Part shown: piece after piece, positions 1 through 10,900 of the stretch
Layout: each line of letters opens with the position of its first letter
Position numbering within the stretch: position 1 is the first letter of the stretch
Assembly: GCF_026210795.1 (NCBI RefSeq)
Contig: NC_089436.1
Span: forward strand, 62,001 to 126,000
Direction: 5' to 3'
Source of the DNA: Rhizophagus irregularis
Lineage: Eukaryota
DNA: 64,000 bases
Made by a program: the position numbers and the translations under genes
The notes under the pieces: generated by a model
What the model saw: only the letters and a program-made list of their open reading frames with translations
The model's database searches: none
Told to the model about the DNA's origin: nothing

Positions 1-322
1 AAATTGAAATCACGATTTTTTAAGAAAAATTCTTGTGAATTTTTCTTGATGCTGCTTATTTTAAAGTTTAAAGACCGATTAGCAAACTGAAATCACGATT
101 TCAAGAAAAATTCTCGCGAATTTTTCTTGATACTGCTTATTTTTAAAGTTTAAATAAATTGAAATCACGATTTTTTAAGAAAAATTCTCGCGAATTTTTC
201 TTGATGCTGCTTATTTTAAAGTTTAATGACCGATTAGTAAACTGAAATCACGATTTCAAGAAAAATTCTTGCGAATTTTTCTTGATACAGACTGATTAGT
301 AAATTGAAATCACGATTTTTAA
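1..322. repeat. Degenerate tandem repeat of ~80-bp units containing an internal palindrome
   Basis: Repeated AA(T/C)TGAAATCACGATTT...AAGAAAAATTCT(C/T)GCGAATTTTTCTTGAT units; TCAAGAAAAATTC pairs with GAATTTTTCTTGA. Confidence 0.75.
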
Positions 323-385
323 ATATGATTGTTTATATTTGACTAACTTTAATAAAGTAGTATGAAAACCCCAATTCTGGCTCAC

Positions 386-633
386 TCCCACCATATAATC
401 TAAAATACTACCACTTTATATAATCTAATTACCACCATCATATAACCTAATTACCACCACATAATCCACCTACCACTTTTACTATAATTTAACTACCACT
501 TTCATATAATCTAGCTTACCACCATCATATAATATAATTACCACCATATAATCCACCTACCACTTTTCATATAATCTAGTTACCATCATATAGTTTTATT
601 ACCACCATACAACTCTATTACCACCATATAATC
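386..633. repeat. Short degenerate tandem array (ACCACCATATAATCT-like units), probably subterminal repeat of the Polinton-like element
   Basis: More than 10 copies of ACCAC(C/T)...ATAAT. Confidence 0.75.
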
Positions 634-820
634 TGAAAAATATCAACCGAACAAGAAATAGGATTTCAAAGCTAACGGAGCTAAAAAAGGTAAGGAAATA
701 TTAACCCATCCAGGAAACCAGCCATGGAGTCAATAGAGTGGAATAGCAAGGCAAGCAATTACCCTTATACTGAGAAAAAATGTAATTGAATAAAAGATTC
801 ATATATAAAAGGTTTACAAG

Positions 821-2089
821 ATGTCACAATACAGACCATTACTAAGACGTATACTAGGCCAGTTTGAACTCAACATAGAAGAATGGGTAAAGGAAATAAT
901 GTGGTATTTAGATATAGCATATTTAAAAGCTTTAGATTCCGAATTTAGCAAAGAAAGTATGTTAGTATCTGGATTAGAAGAGCTAGTAGAAATATTTGAT
1001 GAGATGTTAGAAGGTGATGATATATGGATACATCCATCACTTTTATCACGAATAAGATATTCTATTCTACCAGATGAGATGGCAATATATGAAAGATTTT
1101 CAGATATCATTAAGAACTTCTCAGAGGATAAAGAATTAGCATATGCATTATTAGACTTAGTAGAAATATTATCAAAAAAGAAACCTACAACATTCAACAT
1201 TATAGATTACAATATACAAAGAATATTCACGAATCCTAATGATGAATATAGAAATGAATTCAGCATCTACCATATTAAAGGAGATGAAGATATGGACGAA
1301 GATACAGATAAAGACACAGATGAAGACATAGATGAAGTAGAGCAGTAGAGGTAGGCTCCGAATCTGGTCAATCCGGTCATCCTAGGATCAATCCGTCTAA
1401 TAGGCGGATTCGGATTGATCAGATGAATCCGTCAAATAGACCGGATGGATGACCGGATATCCGATCTATCCTATACGGGATCGACAAAAAAATTTCCTTT
1501 TTAGGAAATTTTATGTTACACGACCGGAAACTAAATTTAGAAAAACTGGTTTTTTGTGGAACGGGTATCGCCAAAAATGGAAACGATCGACATGCCCGTG
1601 CGTCACGTGACAACAATTAAATACCTAATCATAAATTCCGGCTGAAATTAAAAGATCGGCGAAAAATTTCCTTTTTAGGATTCTTGTGAAACCCAAAATT
1701 TCATTTTTGCTGGGAAACAAAATTGCCTTTTTTGGATTTGTGTAACGTTACTCGTACCCTAAAAAGGATAACTCTATGCCGATTACTTAATTCCGGCCGG
1801 AATTATAATCAATCCGGTCAATCCGCGGATAATCCGATGATCCGATTTTTTTAATCCGGATTGATCCGTCACGTGATCATCCGGATGACGGATTGACCAG
1901 ATTCATCCGGAGCGCACCTCTATAGAGCAGAATGAATTCAATGAATACTATCAGAATCTTGCACCGACCACCGAGAGTCAGCTGGATAGACTAAAAAATG
2001 AGTTGGCTATAACTCTATGTGACGAATGTCTTATGCCAACAAGAAGTCATGAATGCGATTGCTGGATTTTACAAATAGAGGGTTTCTAG
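821..2089 (+). pseudogene. Hypothetical acidic protein with C-terminal Cys/His cluster, interrupted by a hAT MITE
   Basis: The stop of ORF 821-1348 is supplied by the MITE's first TAG; removing the MITE and one TSD restores ...EVEQ-NEFNEYYQ...CDECLMPTRSHECDCWILQIEGF* ending at 2089. Confidence 0.7.
1346..1922. mobile_element. hAT-type MITE (577 bp)
   Basis: 8-bp TSD TAGAGCAG (1338-1345, 1923-1930); TIRs TAGAGGTAGGCTCCG / CGGAGCGCACCTCTA; subterminal ATCCG/CGGAT repeats. Confidence 0.92.
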
Positions 2090-2109
2090 TTTTCAGTGAA
2101 ACCATTTTT

Positions 2110-2904
2110 TTACCTTTCGCAATCTGGAATAGGTGCATCACAAATAAAATCCCCAAAATCATTCGGATTAGAAAACAACTTCTGTAAGAACTTATAAACC
2201 ATATCAGCATCCAATTCAGTCTATCTTAGTGCCAAATATATTAACCTTACCAGATTTAGGCCAGATATGTACCCGAATCTTTGAAGTAAAGATTATAGCA
2301 ATTTTAGAATGAATATCACCCGCATCATTCTTAATATATTTTATCGGAAAGGGAAGAATCTCACGAATACCATCTGTAGATTCTAAAGCATATGCTAAGG
2401 TAGAAAGATTAATAAACTTATCACCCCAATATTAATCACAAATTTATAATTGCGCAGGAGAGCCTTATTTTCACCCACAAGTTCTACAGAAGAAAATTCA
2501 GGTAGGGAACATTCAGAAAGGTAACGTAAGAAGATAGCAACAGGATCAAAAGACCCGAAAACTTGTATACTACCAGATTTAGGAAAATAACGAATAGTAT
2601 GTACAGTATCAGCTAAGATGATAACAAACTCAATGCATGCATTAAAAGTGCTACCATCCCCTGTATGTCGCCGTCTATTTAATGGATTGTCAGGTGTACT
2701 TCGTCTGCATCGCCTCTCACCTTTTGGTTTAGACAAGTACTGTTCATAACCCTCAAAAGCTTTATGAATAAAGTTGCTATTAATGGCAATAACATCCTTA
2801 GTAGGTTCAAGCTTATGACCAAGCACGGTGTAATCAAGCCCTTCAACATTGATCTTAAATTCAGTAACAGTAAGAGATGGAGTAAGTTCACTAAAAGTAA
2901 GCAT
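2110..2904 (-). pseudogene. Divergent TATA-box-binding-protein (TBP)-fold protein, frameshifted
   Basis: Two internal repeats HTIRYFPKSGSIQVFG and, after a frameshift near 2420, IRVHIWPKSGKVNIFG match the TBP repeat pattern (hydrophobic-F-x-SGK-x-x-x-G); intronless. Confidence 0.6.
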
Positions 2905-3008
2905 GTCTGATTTTTTCTATTAATAGAAAAGAAATGTTCAAATTATTTTATCCTAAGAAAAAATCTAATTAAATAAAACTTTTTCATCAATATCTCATAT
3001 GAGATACC

Positions 3009-3540
3009 ATGACAAACAATAGCTTACCTTTCGAACTTTTAGAAAAGATATTCAAAACTTCATATGAAGGTACTTACTCCCGTTGGCATTATCTTTGCAA
3101 TTATGCATTAGTGTGTCGAAAATGGGCTGTAGTAGCAAACTCTCTCCTATGGGGTGAAACAGACCTTTATAACCGCTATAATATTAAGGAGTTCCAAATG
3201 TACAAACATCTTACAAAACCAGGAACAGTATGCGGAAAATATATCAGAAAGCTTAATATGGATGAGGTAAAATTATGGCCCATTTGTATTGTAAAAATGC
3301 TACAAGCTTGTCCCAATATCCAGGAACTTAGCATAAAAGATTATCAATACTATGGTGGAAAAGGTGACGTTAGAGATTTGCTAAGTAAAATCCTGCATAT
3401 ATTACCAAACCTTCAAAAGCTAGATATCAGATGTAGTTAGAGATATTTTAACAAGGGAAATGCCATTGATAAACTTATAGAAACCCGTAAAGACCTAGAA
3501 ATCAGAGTAACACGTAAATGTAATATTTGCAAAGACTAGT
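3009..3540 (+). pseudogene. F-box/LRR-like protein with an internal stop
   Basis: LPFELLEKIF...ALVCRKW F-box motif; LRR-like units CPNIQELSI and LPNLQKLDI; reading continues past TAG at 3438-3440 (RYFNKGNAIDKLIE...). Confidence 0.75.
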
Positions 3541-3692
3541 AACTGCCAAAAATTTGGGCACTGCCCTGTTACTGCCCGTTACTATCAAAAAAATTTGGGC
3601 ACTGCCCTGTTACTACCCGTTACTGCCGAAAAAATTTGGGCACTGCTTGTTACTGCCCATCACTGTTCACCACTGCCGCAGAAGTTTGGGAA
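3537..3692. repeat. ~41-bp tandem repeat, about 4 copies
   Basis: ACTGCC(A/G)AAAAATTTGGGCACTGCCCTGTTACTGCCCGTT units. Confidence 0.8.
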
Positions 3693-3768
3693 ACACATGG
3701 ATTTTTCCTAGCAAGATGATGCTTTAACTTAGAGGGAAAGTCAAAACTTGCTCCACATAGATGACAGG

Positions 3769-6700
3769 TTAATCTTCCTCGAGAGTGTAAATTTTTTTTA
3801 AGTCGATAGTATCCATCTGCAAGGAAGTCACGTTAGTTTTCCGTTTATGTAGAGAAATTGGAATGGTAATTTTTTTACGTGATGATAGAGGGATAGTCAG
3901 TTGCCAATTTTGGAAATCTAGAATGACATTGGCACGATCAATCCAAGGTACACCTAGCAATAAAAAGTCCTTATCACTCTTAACAATCATGAAGTCATCT
4001 TCGATTTTTTTAGAGTTCTCCCCATCATATACAAGGATACCAAGACCATATACTGTTCCAATAGTATCAGATTTTGTCGCAACACCACTAAGGTCAGGAG
4101 CATTACTTCTATCAACATCAAGATTTAGGCGCTTTACAATATTGTTAGATATCAGAGAACTATCAGAACCAGTATCGAAAATTGTCGTAGGAATAACTAA
4201 AGATTTTTCACTCTCAGGTGCGACTACTTTGGTCTTAATAGTGACTACATCACTAGCAGACTTGCGGTTAACAATTCCAATACCTGCTATAGAAGACCAT
4301 AAGTCATTATTACATATAACATCATCATTTTTACAGATTAAATTTGCAGCCATACTATTAGTTACAACCGAAATCATAGGATGAAGGATAGATGTGAAAA
4401 GGTCCTTAACATTATCCCAAACTTTTTCACATGTTTTTATCGAGGGTTCTCCTTTAAGCTGACTGAGTACTGGTTCTTTATAATTAATGAATTCAGCATT
4501 CAGAGCATTGTAAGCAGATATAACAGTCTCTTTTGGTACAGCATTAACGAAGGATTGAACCAGAAGCTTTAAGAGTTGTATAAAAACCTCAAAGATAATA
4601 CGCTGCCTTTCAAGTTGTGATTTTTTCTTATCAGTAGGCTTTTTATCTACACGTTTCCTTTCTGTAGGCTTTTTTTTTAATCCATAGCAGGCATGTCCAG
4701 AGTCTGAATCACTATCAGAGGAGTCAGAGGAGTCATGTGCATAATTTGTTTTCCTCTTTCCCTTCTTAGATTTTGGACAGGAACTCTTAGTATGACCAGA
4801 TTTTCCACAACTTGAGCATTTCTTTGATTTCTTTGGTTTGCGTGTACCTGAACTTATACCAAATACCTGATTACCACGGTAAATATGGTCAGATGGTAAA
4901 TTTTTATTAAGTTCTGTATCAATAAATATTTCAAGATCACTAAGGTTACTTTACTTATATCGATATCTCTTGGAAGACCTAATTTATATGCTAAAGCAAG
5001 TAATCTCTGAAATGATGTATCATTTTGAGGACTTGAAAATGGACTAGAAGATGGTACTGGTACTGCAGATGATTTAGCCGTAGTCATAGGAATTTTAGAA
5101 TTTATAAGATTCTCAATATCCGCTAAAGTTGGACCCTGATATGTAACTATAGGAGTAGGTGGCATATCTGTCCTGTATTTCTCAACTTCTTCCAATTTAT
5201 TCAGAATAGATGCAACTGAATTTTCTAAACCAATACGTCGCGCATCCAACTTATTTTCACTGGAAAGACCATTTAAGAACTGTTGCCGTACTAATTCATT
5301 CTGATTTACCTCTGGAAGAGTTGGATATGCAAGTCTAACCATTCTTTGTAATTTAGAATAGAATCGGCTTACAGTATCACTACCCTGAACAATAGCATTA
5401 AATGCAAGCTTAGACTTTTCAGATGTTATAGTAGGGAAGTAATGCTTAAAACAATATATTAATTGTCCAATACGTATTCCAGGAGCCACAATTGTACCTC
5501 CATTATTAGCATTAGGATTATTAACAGCTATATCAGTAGGATGACCCTCGACTATTGACCAATCTTCATCCCATACAGTATGATCAGGTATAAAATTAGC
5601 ACCAGTAATAGTATTATCTGCAGCTGCTTGTCCATGTAATACACCAGCCCCTCCACGAAATTGATTCGCCGCTACAGCCTGTATAGCGCCATTATTCAAA
5701 GCATTAAAAGCAGCAAGATTGGCCACACCAGTATTATCCAAAAGATTTACACATTCCCAATTTTTTCCTTTCGATATGTGTTTCATACCAATCTCTAGCA
5801 TCATCTTCAAGTAAAGTTTCAAAGATCCCATGAATCCTAACACGAGTCCTAGCATTAGCAGCAGGATCAAGTCCAGCAGACTCACACCATTGCCTGAATT
5901 CTTGAAGCCAAAGTTCTGGATCTTCACCAGATGCTTCTCTAAATTTTTTAGGTGCATATCCTGCCATTATAGGTTGTTGTATTACCAGAGGGTTATTTTG
6001 TAATGCTAGAATCTGTTGATTCAAATTATTGACCTGATTTTGCAAATTTTGACCATGATTGTGATAGTTTAAAAATTGCCCTCTCCATGCTCGAGCTTGC
6101 TGAATGATACCATTAGCCCGCCTTCTACTTCGCTCTGTTTCAGTATTATAGCGCTGTAATAATCTATGAGCATTTATTCTACTCTCATTACGTTCTCTCT
6201 GGACATTAGCTAGTTGGATTTGACTGTTAGCAAATTGAGCCTGGATGTTAGCCAATTGGATCTGAGTATTTTGTGCAAGGCCTTCCCAATGTTGGCGATG
6301 ACGCACTTCATTTGCATATGCATCCTCATAGGTACGTCTTGTTCTTAGTATAGTAGCACGTGTATTATTAAGTTCTTGTCTAAGATATTCTTCACGGTTA
6401 TGTGCATCATCTAACAAACCTTCAAGTCTATCCTCCATATTATCTTGATCTTCTATAATATTTCGCAACTCATTAGCATATCGGATAATGGCATCAAGAC
6501 TATCATTTGCAGTGTTAAATAAATGATTTATATGAGGGTGTGCTGCTATAGTTGTACGATCAAGGTGAATACGAATACCAGCTACACTATTTGCTATAGT
6601 TGTCCGATTATTTAAGATTTCTGTAATAGGGTCAGGAGGAATTGCTGCCATGTTTTTCCGTTGTCTATTAGCAAGTTCTTTTATTCGATCTTTGAGTTGA

Positions 6701-6942
6701 ATATTTAGAGTATCAACTTCAATCAGCTGACGTTCTAATGCTTGAAGCCCTTCCTCCTTTAGTGATGCCGTTTTTAATGCTTTCTTAAGCTTTGCACGCA
6801 ACTCAGCATTTTTTTGCCTAAGTTCTTCTATTTCAGATTCATGACCCTCAATTACACCATACAGGTATTTTATATATTGCTCTTGTGATTGCAATGTATG
6901 TGCAAGCTTTGTAATCTGTGTCTTTAATGATGTATCTTCCAT
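3769..6942 (-). pseudogene. Gag-like polyprotein: coiled coil, retrotransposon Gag/capsid-like domain, CCHC zinc knuckle, retropepsin; broken by frameshifts
   Basis: PKKFREASGEDPELWLQEF...LEDDARDWY; IVQGSDTVSRFYSKL...QFLNGL (Gag major-homology-like); CSSCGKSGHTKSSC near 4780-4820; FDTGSDSSLIS...LLLGVPWI (aspartic protease); ORF pieces 5734-6954, 4854-5957 and 3769-4377 join across frameshifts. Confidence 0.8.
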
Positions 6943-7988
6943 TGCCAGTTCCACAGATTTTTATAGACCCTACATTTAATAAACAAATCGAACAAAATTA
7001 TATCCTTCAACAAATCTATTACCATCCATGTGGATATTATCGTACTCCTGAAAAACTTTGGGCTAAAGTGCAAGCTGAAGGCCATGATTTTAACATATCT
7101 GATATTACAGAGTGGTTGCATAAACAGGCTATATGGCAAATACACTCACCTATACCCAAGTATGTTCCACAGGTTTCTTTTAATAAGATTACTCGACCAA
7201 ATATGTATCATCAAGCAGATATCTTATATATGCCCTATGATACTGTAGATAGAAAGCTGTATAAATACTGTCTGAATATTGTAGATGTTGCTAGCCGATA
7301 TAAAGCTTCAGTACCTCTAGAAGATCGCAGCTCTGCACGTGTTGCTAAGGCATTTAAAAAGATTTATGGTAAAGCAGACTGCCCGCTTATTTGGCCAAGA
7401 GTTTTACAAGTAGATGGGGGATCAGAATTTAAGGATGAAGTTATCCGATTAATGGATGAAAAAGGTGTGCGTATTCGGGTGGGTACTACTCATAAGAGTC
7501 AGGCTATTGTTGAACGGTATAATCGAACTTTAGCAGAGAGGCTATTTAAAATACAGGATGCAAAGGAACTCCTTACAGAAGGTGTGAATACTGCCTGGGT
7601 TAAGAACCTTTCTGATATTGTGAATGAGCTAAATAATTCTAATACTCGTCTGCTAGGTATGTCTCCAGTTGAGGCAATCCAGAAAGATCAAGTGTATGCA
7701 CTACCTTCAAAAATTCGGAAGGATAGACCTGTAGGTGCAGAAGAAATACGTTTACCAGCTGGTTCTCTTGTGAGATACTTACTTGATAATTCAGATTACC
7801 AAGGTAGGAGACGTGCAACTGATCCAATATGGTCTACTAAAGTTTATACAATTGAATCTTCCACAGTTGTTGATGGGCAGCCGGTTATATATAGGTTATC
7901 TGATGGACCTAAAAAAATATTTACTCGGGAAGAATTATTAGTTGTGCCATCTGATACTATGCTGCCTCCTACTCATATATTATATTAA
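6927..7988 (+). CDS. Polinton-type retroviral-like (rve) DDE integrase, ORF intact
   Basis: QADILY (D), VDVASRY, QVDGGSEF (D), IVERYNRTL (E); C-terminal WSTKVYTI...YRL...FTREELL; no chromodomain seen. Confidence 0.92.
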   Translation: MMYLPLPVPQIFIDPTFNKQIEQNYILQQIYYHPCGYYRTPEKLWAKVQAEGHDFNISDITEWLHKQAIWQIHSPIPKYVPQVSFNKITRPNMYHQADILYMPYDTVDRKLYKYCLNIVDVASRYKASVPLEDRSSARVAKAFKKIYGKADCPLIWPRVLQVDGGSEFKDEVIRLMDEKGVRIRVGTTHKSQAIVERYNRTLAERLFKIQDAKELLTEGVNTAWVKNLSDIVNELNNSNTRLLGMSPVEAIQKDQVYALPSKIRKDRPVGAEEIRLPAGSLVRYLLDNSDYQGRRRATDPIWSTKVYTIESSTVVDGQPVIYRLSDGPKKIFTREELLVVPSDTMLPPTHILY

Positions 7989-10900
7989 TTTTCAAGTTGT
8001 GGTATCCTATAATCTCCATGTGCATACATTGTGATATTATCTTGTGCAATCCATTTTTTATCATCCATAGGGGATAACCCCACCTTCGACATTTCTATAA
8101 CATTTATAGCATATCTATCAGATCGGATTGCTCTAAAGGTGACTGTATCATTATGTTTAGGATCAAAGAGTGCGCTTATTATACCGCTCATGGTGGAACT
8201 CTTTTTTAACTACCTTTGAGGGGACACCTTTAGCCTTACGGATACCATGTTTTGGATTGGTGGTCTCATCCCCTACCTTGAGAATGGAGTACATTTTGGG
8301 GCGGAGGCCAATAAATTCTGCTATAACTGCTCCATTACATTCATCCTTAAATTTCCCTGGGATTTTCATATTTATGTCAGTCTTATCACCTAATGCTTTT
8401 CGTACAGGATGATCTTTAGGATAATCACTGAAGTCAAATTGGTCTGCCATATCTATGAGGTCTGCATTAATATCCTCAGTTTGGATTTGTACAAGAAGTG
8501 AGTCTGTGTCTGTATAACATAACTGGATTTTTTCACCATATCGTACTTTAAGAAAGATTATATAGTAGTAATTCCGATACATACAGAGCTTCGAGAGGTC
8601 AAGCACACTCATACCCACATATGTTGGACGGTTAAGCATTACCTCCACTTTTCGTCGGTGGATTGCAACAAGATTTTCTGAGAATATTTTACGACCCTTG
8701 AATGCAAGATCTGAGGTAAGCTTTTTATATTTCTTGGGATGGGTTTGGGGTTGTACTACTGAGACACGTACATGTTTCCTGAGATTTTCCATAGTTTTAC
8801 CAAATACACTATTATTCATGAGTAAAGCTCCGAACGGGTCGGTTCGGTTCGGTTTTTTTGTGGTTCGGGTAGAACCGAAAACCGAAATGGAACCGAACCG
8901 GAACTGTCCGGTTCGGTTCAGTTCTATCCGAAATTAAGAAAAATGCGAAAAAACGAATACACGACCATCCAGTGATCGTACAAGGACGAGCCATAGCTTG
9001 TTGGAATCCTCTCATCGAGACGCGTCGAATGGTGGTAAAATCAAGTCTCTAGCATAGATAGATCACGAGATAGAACATGGTGAGTGTTTCTTAAAAAATT
9101 TGCATTAGAAAACGATCCATTGATGCTAGAGACATGAATTTACCACCATTCGACGCATCTCGACGAGACGAATCTAATGAGCTATAATTCGTCTTTTTAC
9201 AATCATTGGATGGTCGTGTATTCGTTTTTTCGCATTTTTTTTTAAATTTTCGAACGTAAAAATTAAAATTCCGATACAAGCGATTAAACGCCATCTATTG
9301 CTCACACAAAGACGAATTTTAGCTCATTGGATTAGCCTCACTGAGACGAGTCGAATGGTGGTAAAATCAAGTCTCTAGCATCGATAGATCGTGAGATAGC
9401 CCATGGTGAGTGTTTTTTAAACAATTCGCATTAGAAAACGATCTATCGATGCTAGTGACATCATTTTACCACCATTCGACTCGTCTCAGTGAGGCTAATC
9501 CAATGAGCTAAAATTCGTCTTTGTGTGAGCAATAGATGGCGTTTAATCGCTTGTATCGGAATTTTAATTTTTTACGTTCGAAAATTTAAAAAAAAAATGC
9601 GAAAAAACGAATACACGACCATCCAGTGATTGTAAAAAGACGAATTATAGCTCATTAGATTCGTCTCGTCGAGATGCGTCGAATGGTGGTAAATTCATGT
9701 CTCTAGCATCAATGGATCGTTTTCTAATGCAAATTTTTTAAGAAACACTCACCATGTTCTATCTCGTGATCTATCTATGCTAGAGACTTGATTTTACCAC
9801 CATTCGACGCGTCTCGATGAGAGGATTCCAACAAGCTATGGCTCGTCCTTGTACGATCACTGGATGGTCGTGTATTCGTTTTTTCGCATTTTTCTTAATT
9901 TCGGATAGAACCGAACCGAACCGGACGGTTTCAAGTCCAAAACCGAACCGAGAACCGAACCGAATTTTTTGCCGGTTCCGGATCGGTTCCCGGTTCAAAC
10001 CGGAACTGTTCGGAGCTTTATTCATGAGTTTATAGAAGTCCTTCTCAAAATCATTCTTAGCCTTAGCACGTTCGGCGGTGTTAAATTCTATATATGGTTT
10101 CATCTATGGAGCCTGCTCGAATTTTATAGCTTCATAGACCTTCTTGATTACTAAGCCCTGGCTAACATAATACTGGAGATTTCTATAATGAACTACATAT
10201 TCATCCTTATCAAATAGGTTAGGGATGAGCTTATCTGTGGGTGTATATCGTTGTCCTGAGCGTGCTATTATTTCCTGCTGCTTTTTACTAAGCCATTCCT
10301 TCTTAACCTTCATTCGTTCTGGTGCAAGGGGGTAATCTGTGTGTTGTGAATGGAGGGCTTGGGGATATTCCAGTTTAACTTTAAGGATATATCCTTCAGA
10401 AGAATCGTCTGGTATTTCATTACTTTCTATTTGCCTTTGAATGTTAGATAACTCGTTTTCCTCCTTTATCCAGTGGAAGTTACCTGTAGGTAAGTATTGC
10501 AACATGGCCCATCCATATAGGTTATTTGCGTCTAAGTATAGAATAGATGACTTGGGCTTATCTGCGGTCCATTTACCTTCTCCCATACCTGGATTATTTG
10601 CACGAGCATATCGTTTACTTACCATAGAGATTCCACCACGTAATCCTTGTTCTACCATCATGTACATGTCCTGGTCAGTTATAAGATCCAATCTTTGCCC
10701 TGTCATTAAGAATAGTGCATCCCATGCGAAGCCTGGTGTTGAATAGTACCAGAGAGGATCTAACCCATATTTTTTTAAGGCCATTTCTCGGAAATTCTGA
10801 AATATATCGGCTAGTAGGAGGACGTCAGTTTTGAGATAAATGTCATGATAATCTTGCATTGTTTTACATCCTGCTTTTTCCCATACATACTGTGCATATT

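Noticed and set aside
814..4384. Antisense ORFs 814-1200 and 3863-4384
   Set aside because: Shadows of better-supported genes on the opposite strand
3769..7988. Ordinary LTR retrotransposon (gag-pro-int)
   Set aside because: Integrase is on the opposite strand and Polinton-like; no RT/RNase H, LTRs or PBS seen. A decayed nested insertion is not fully excluded
8698..10154. ORFs 8698-8937, 8812-9015, 9091-9294, 9817-10035, 9969-10154
   Set aside because: They lie in the palindromic MITE; identical peptides on both strands simply reflect the inverted repeat
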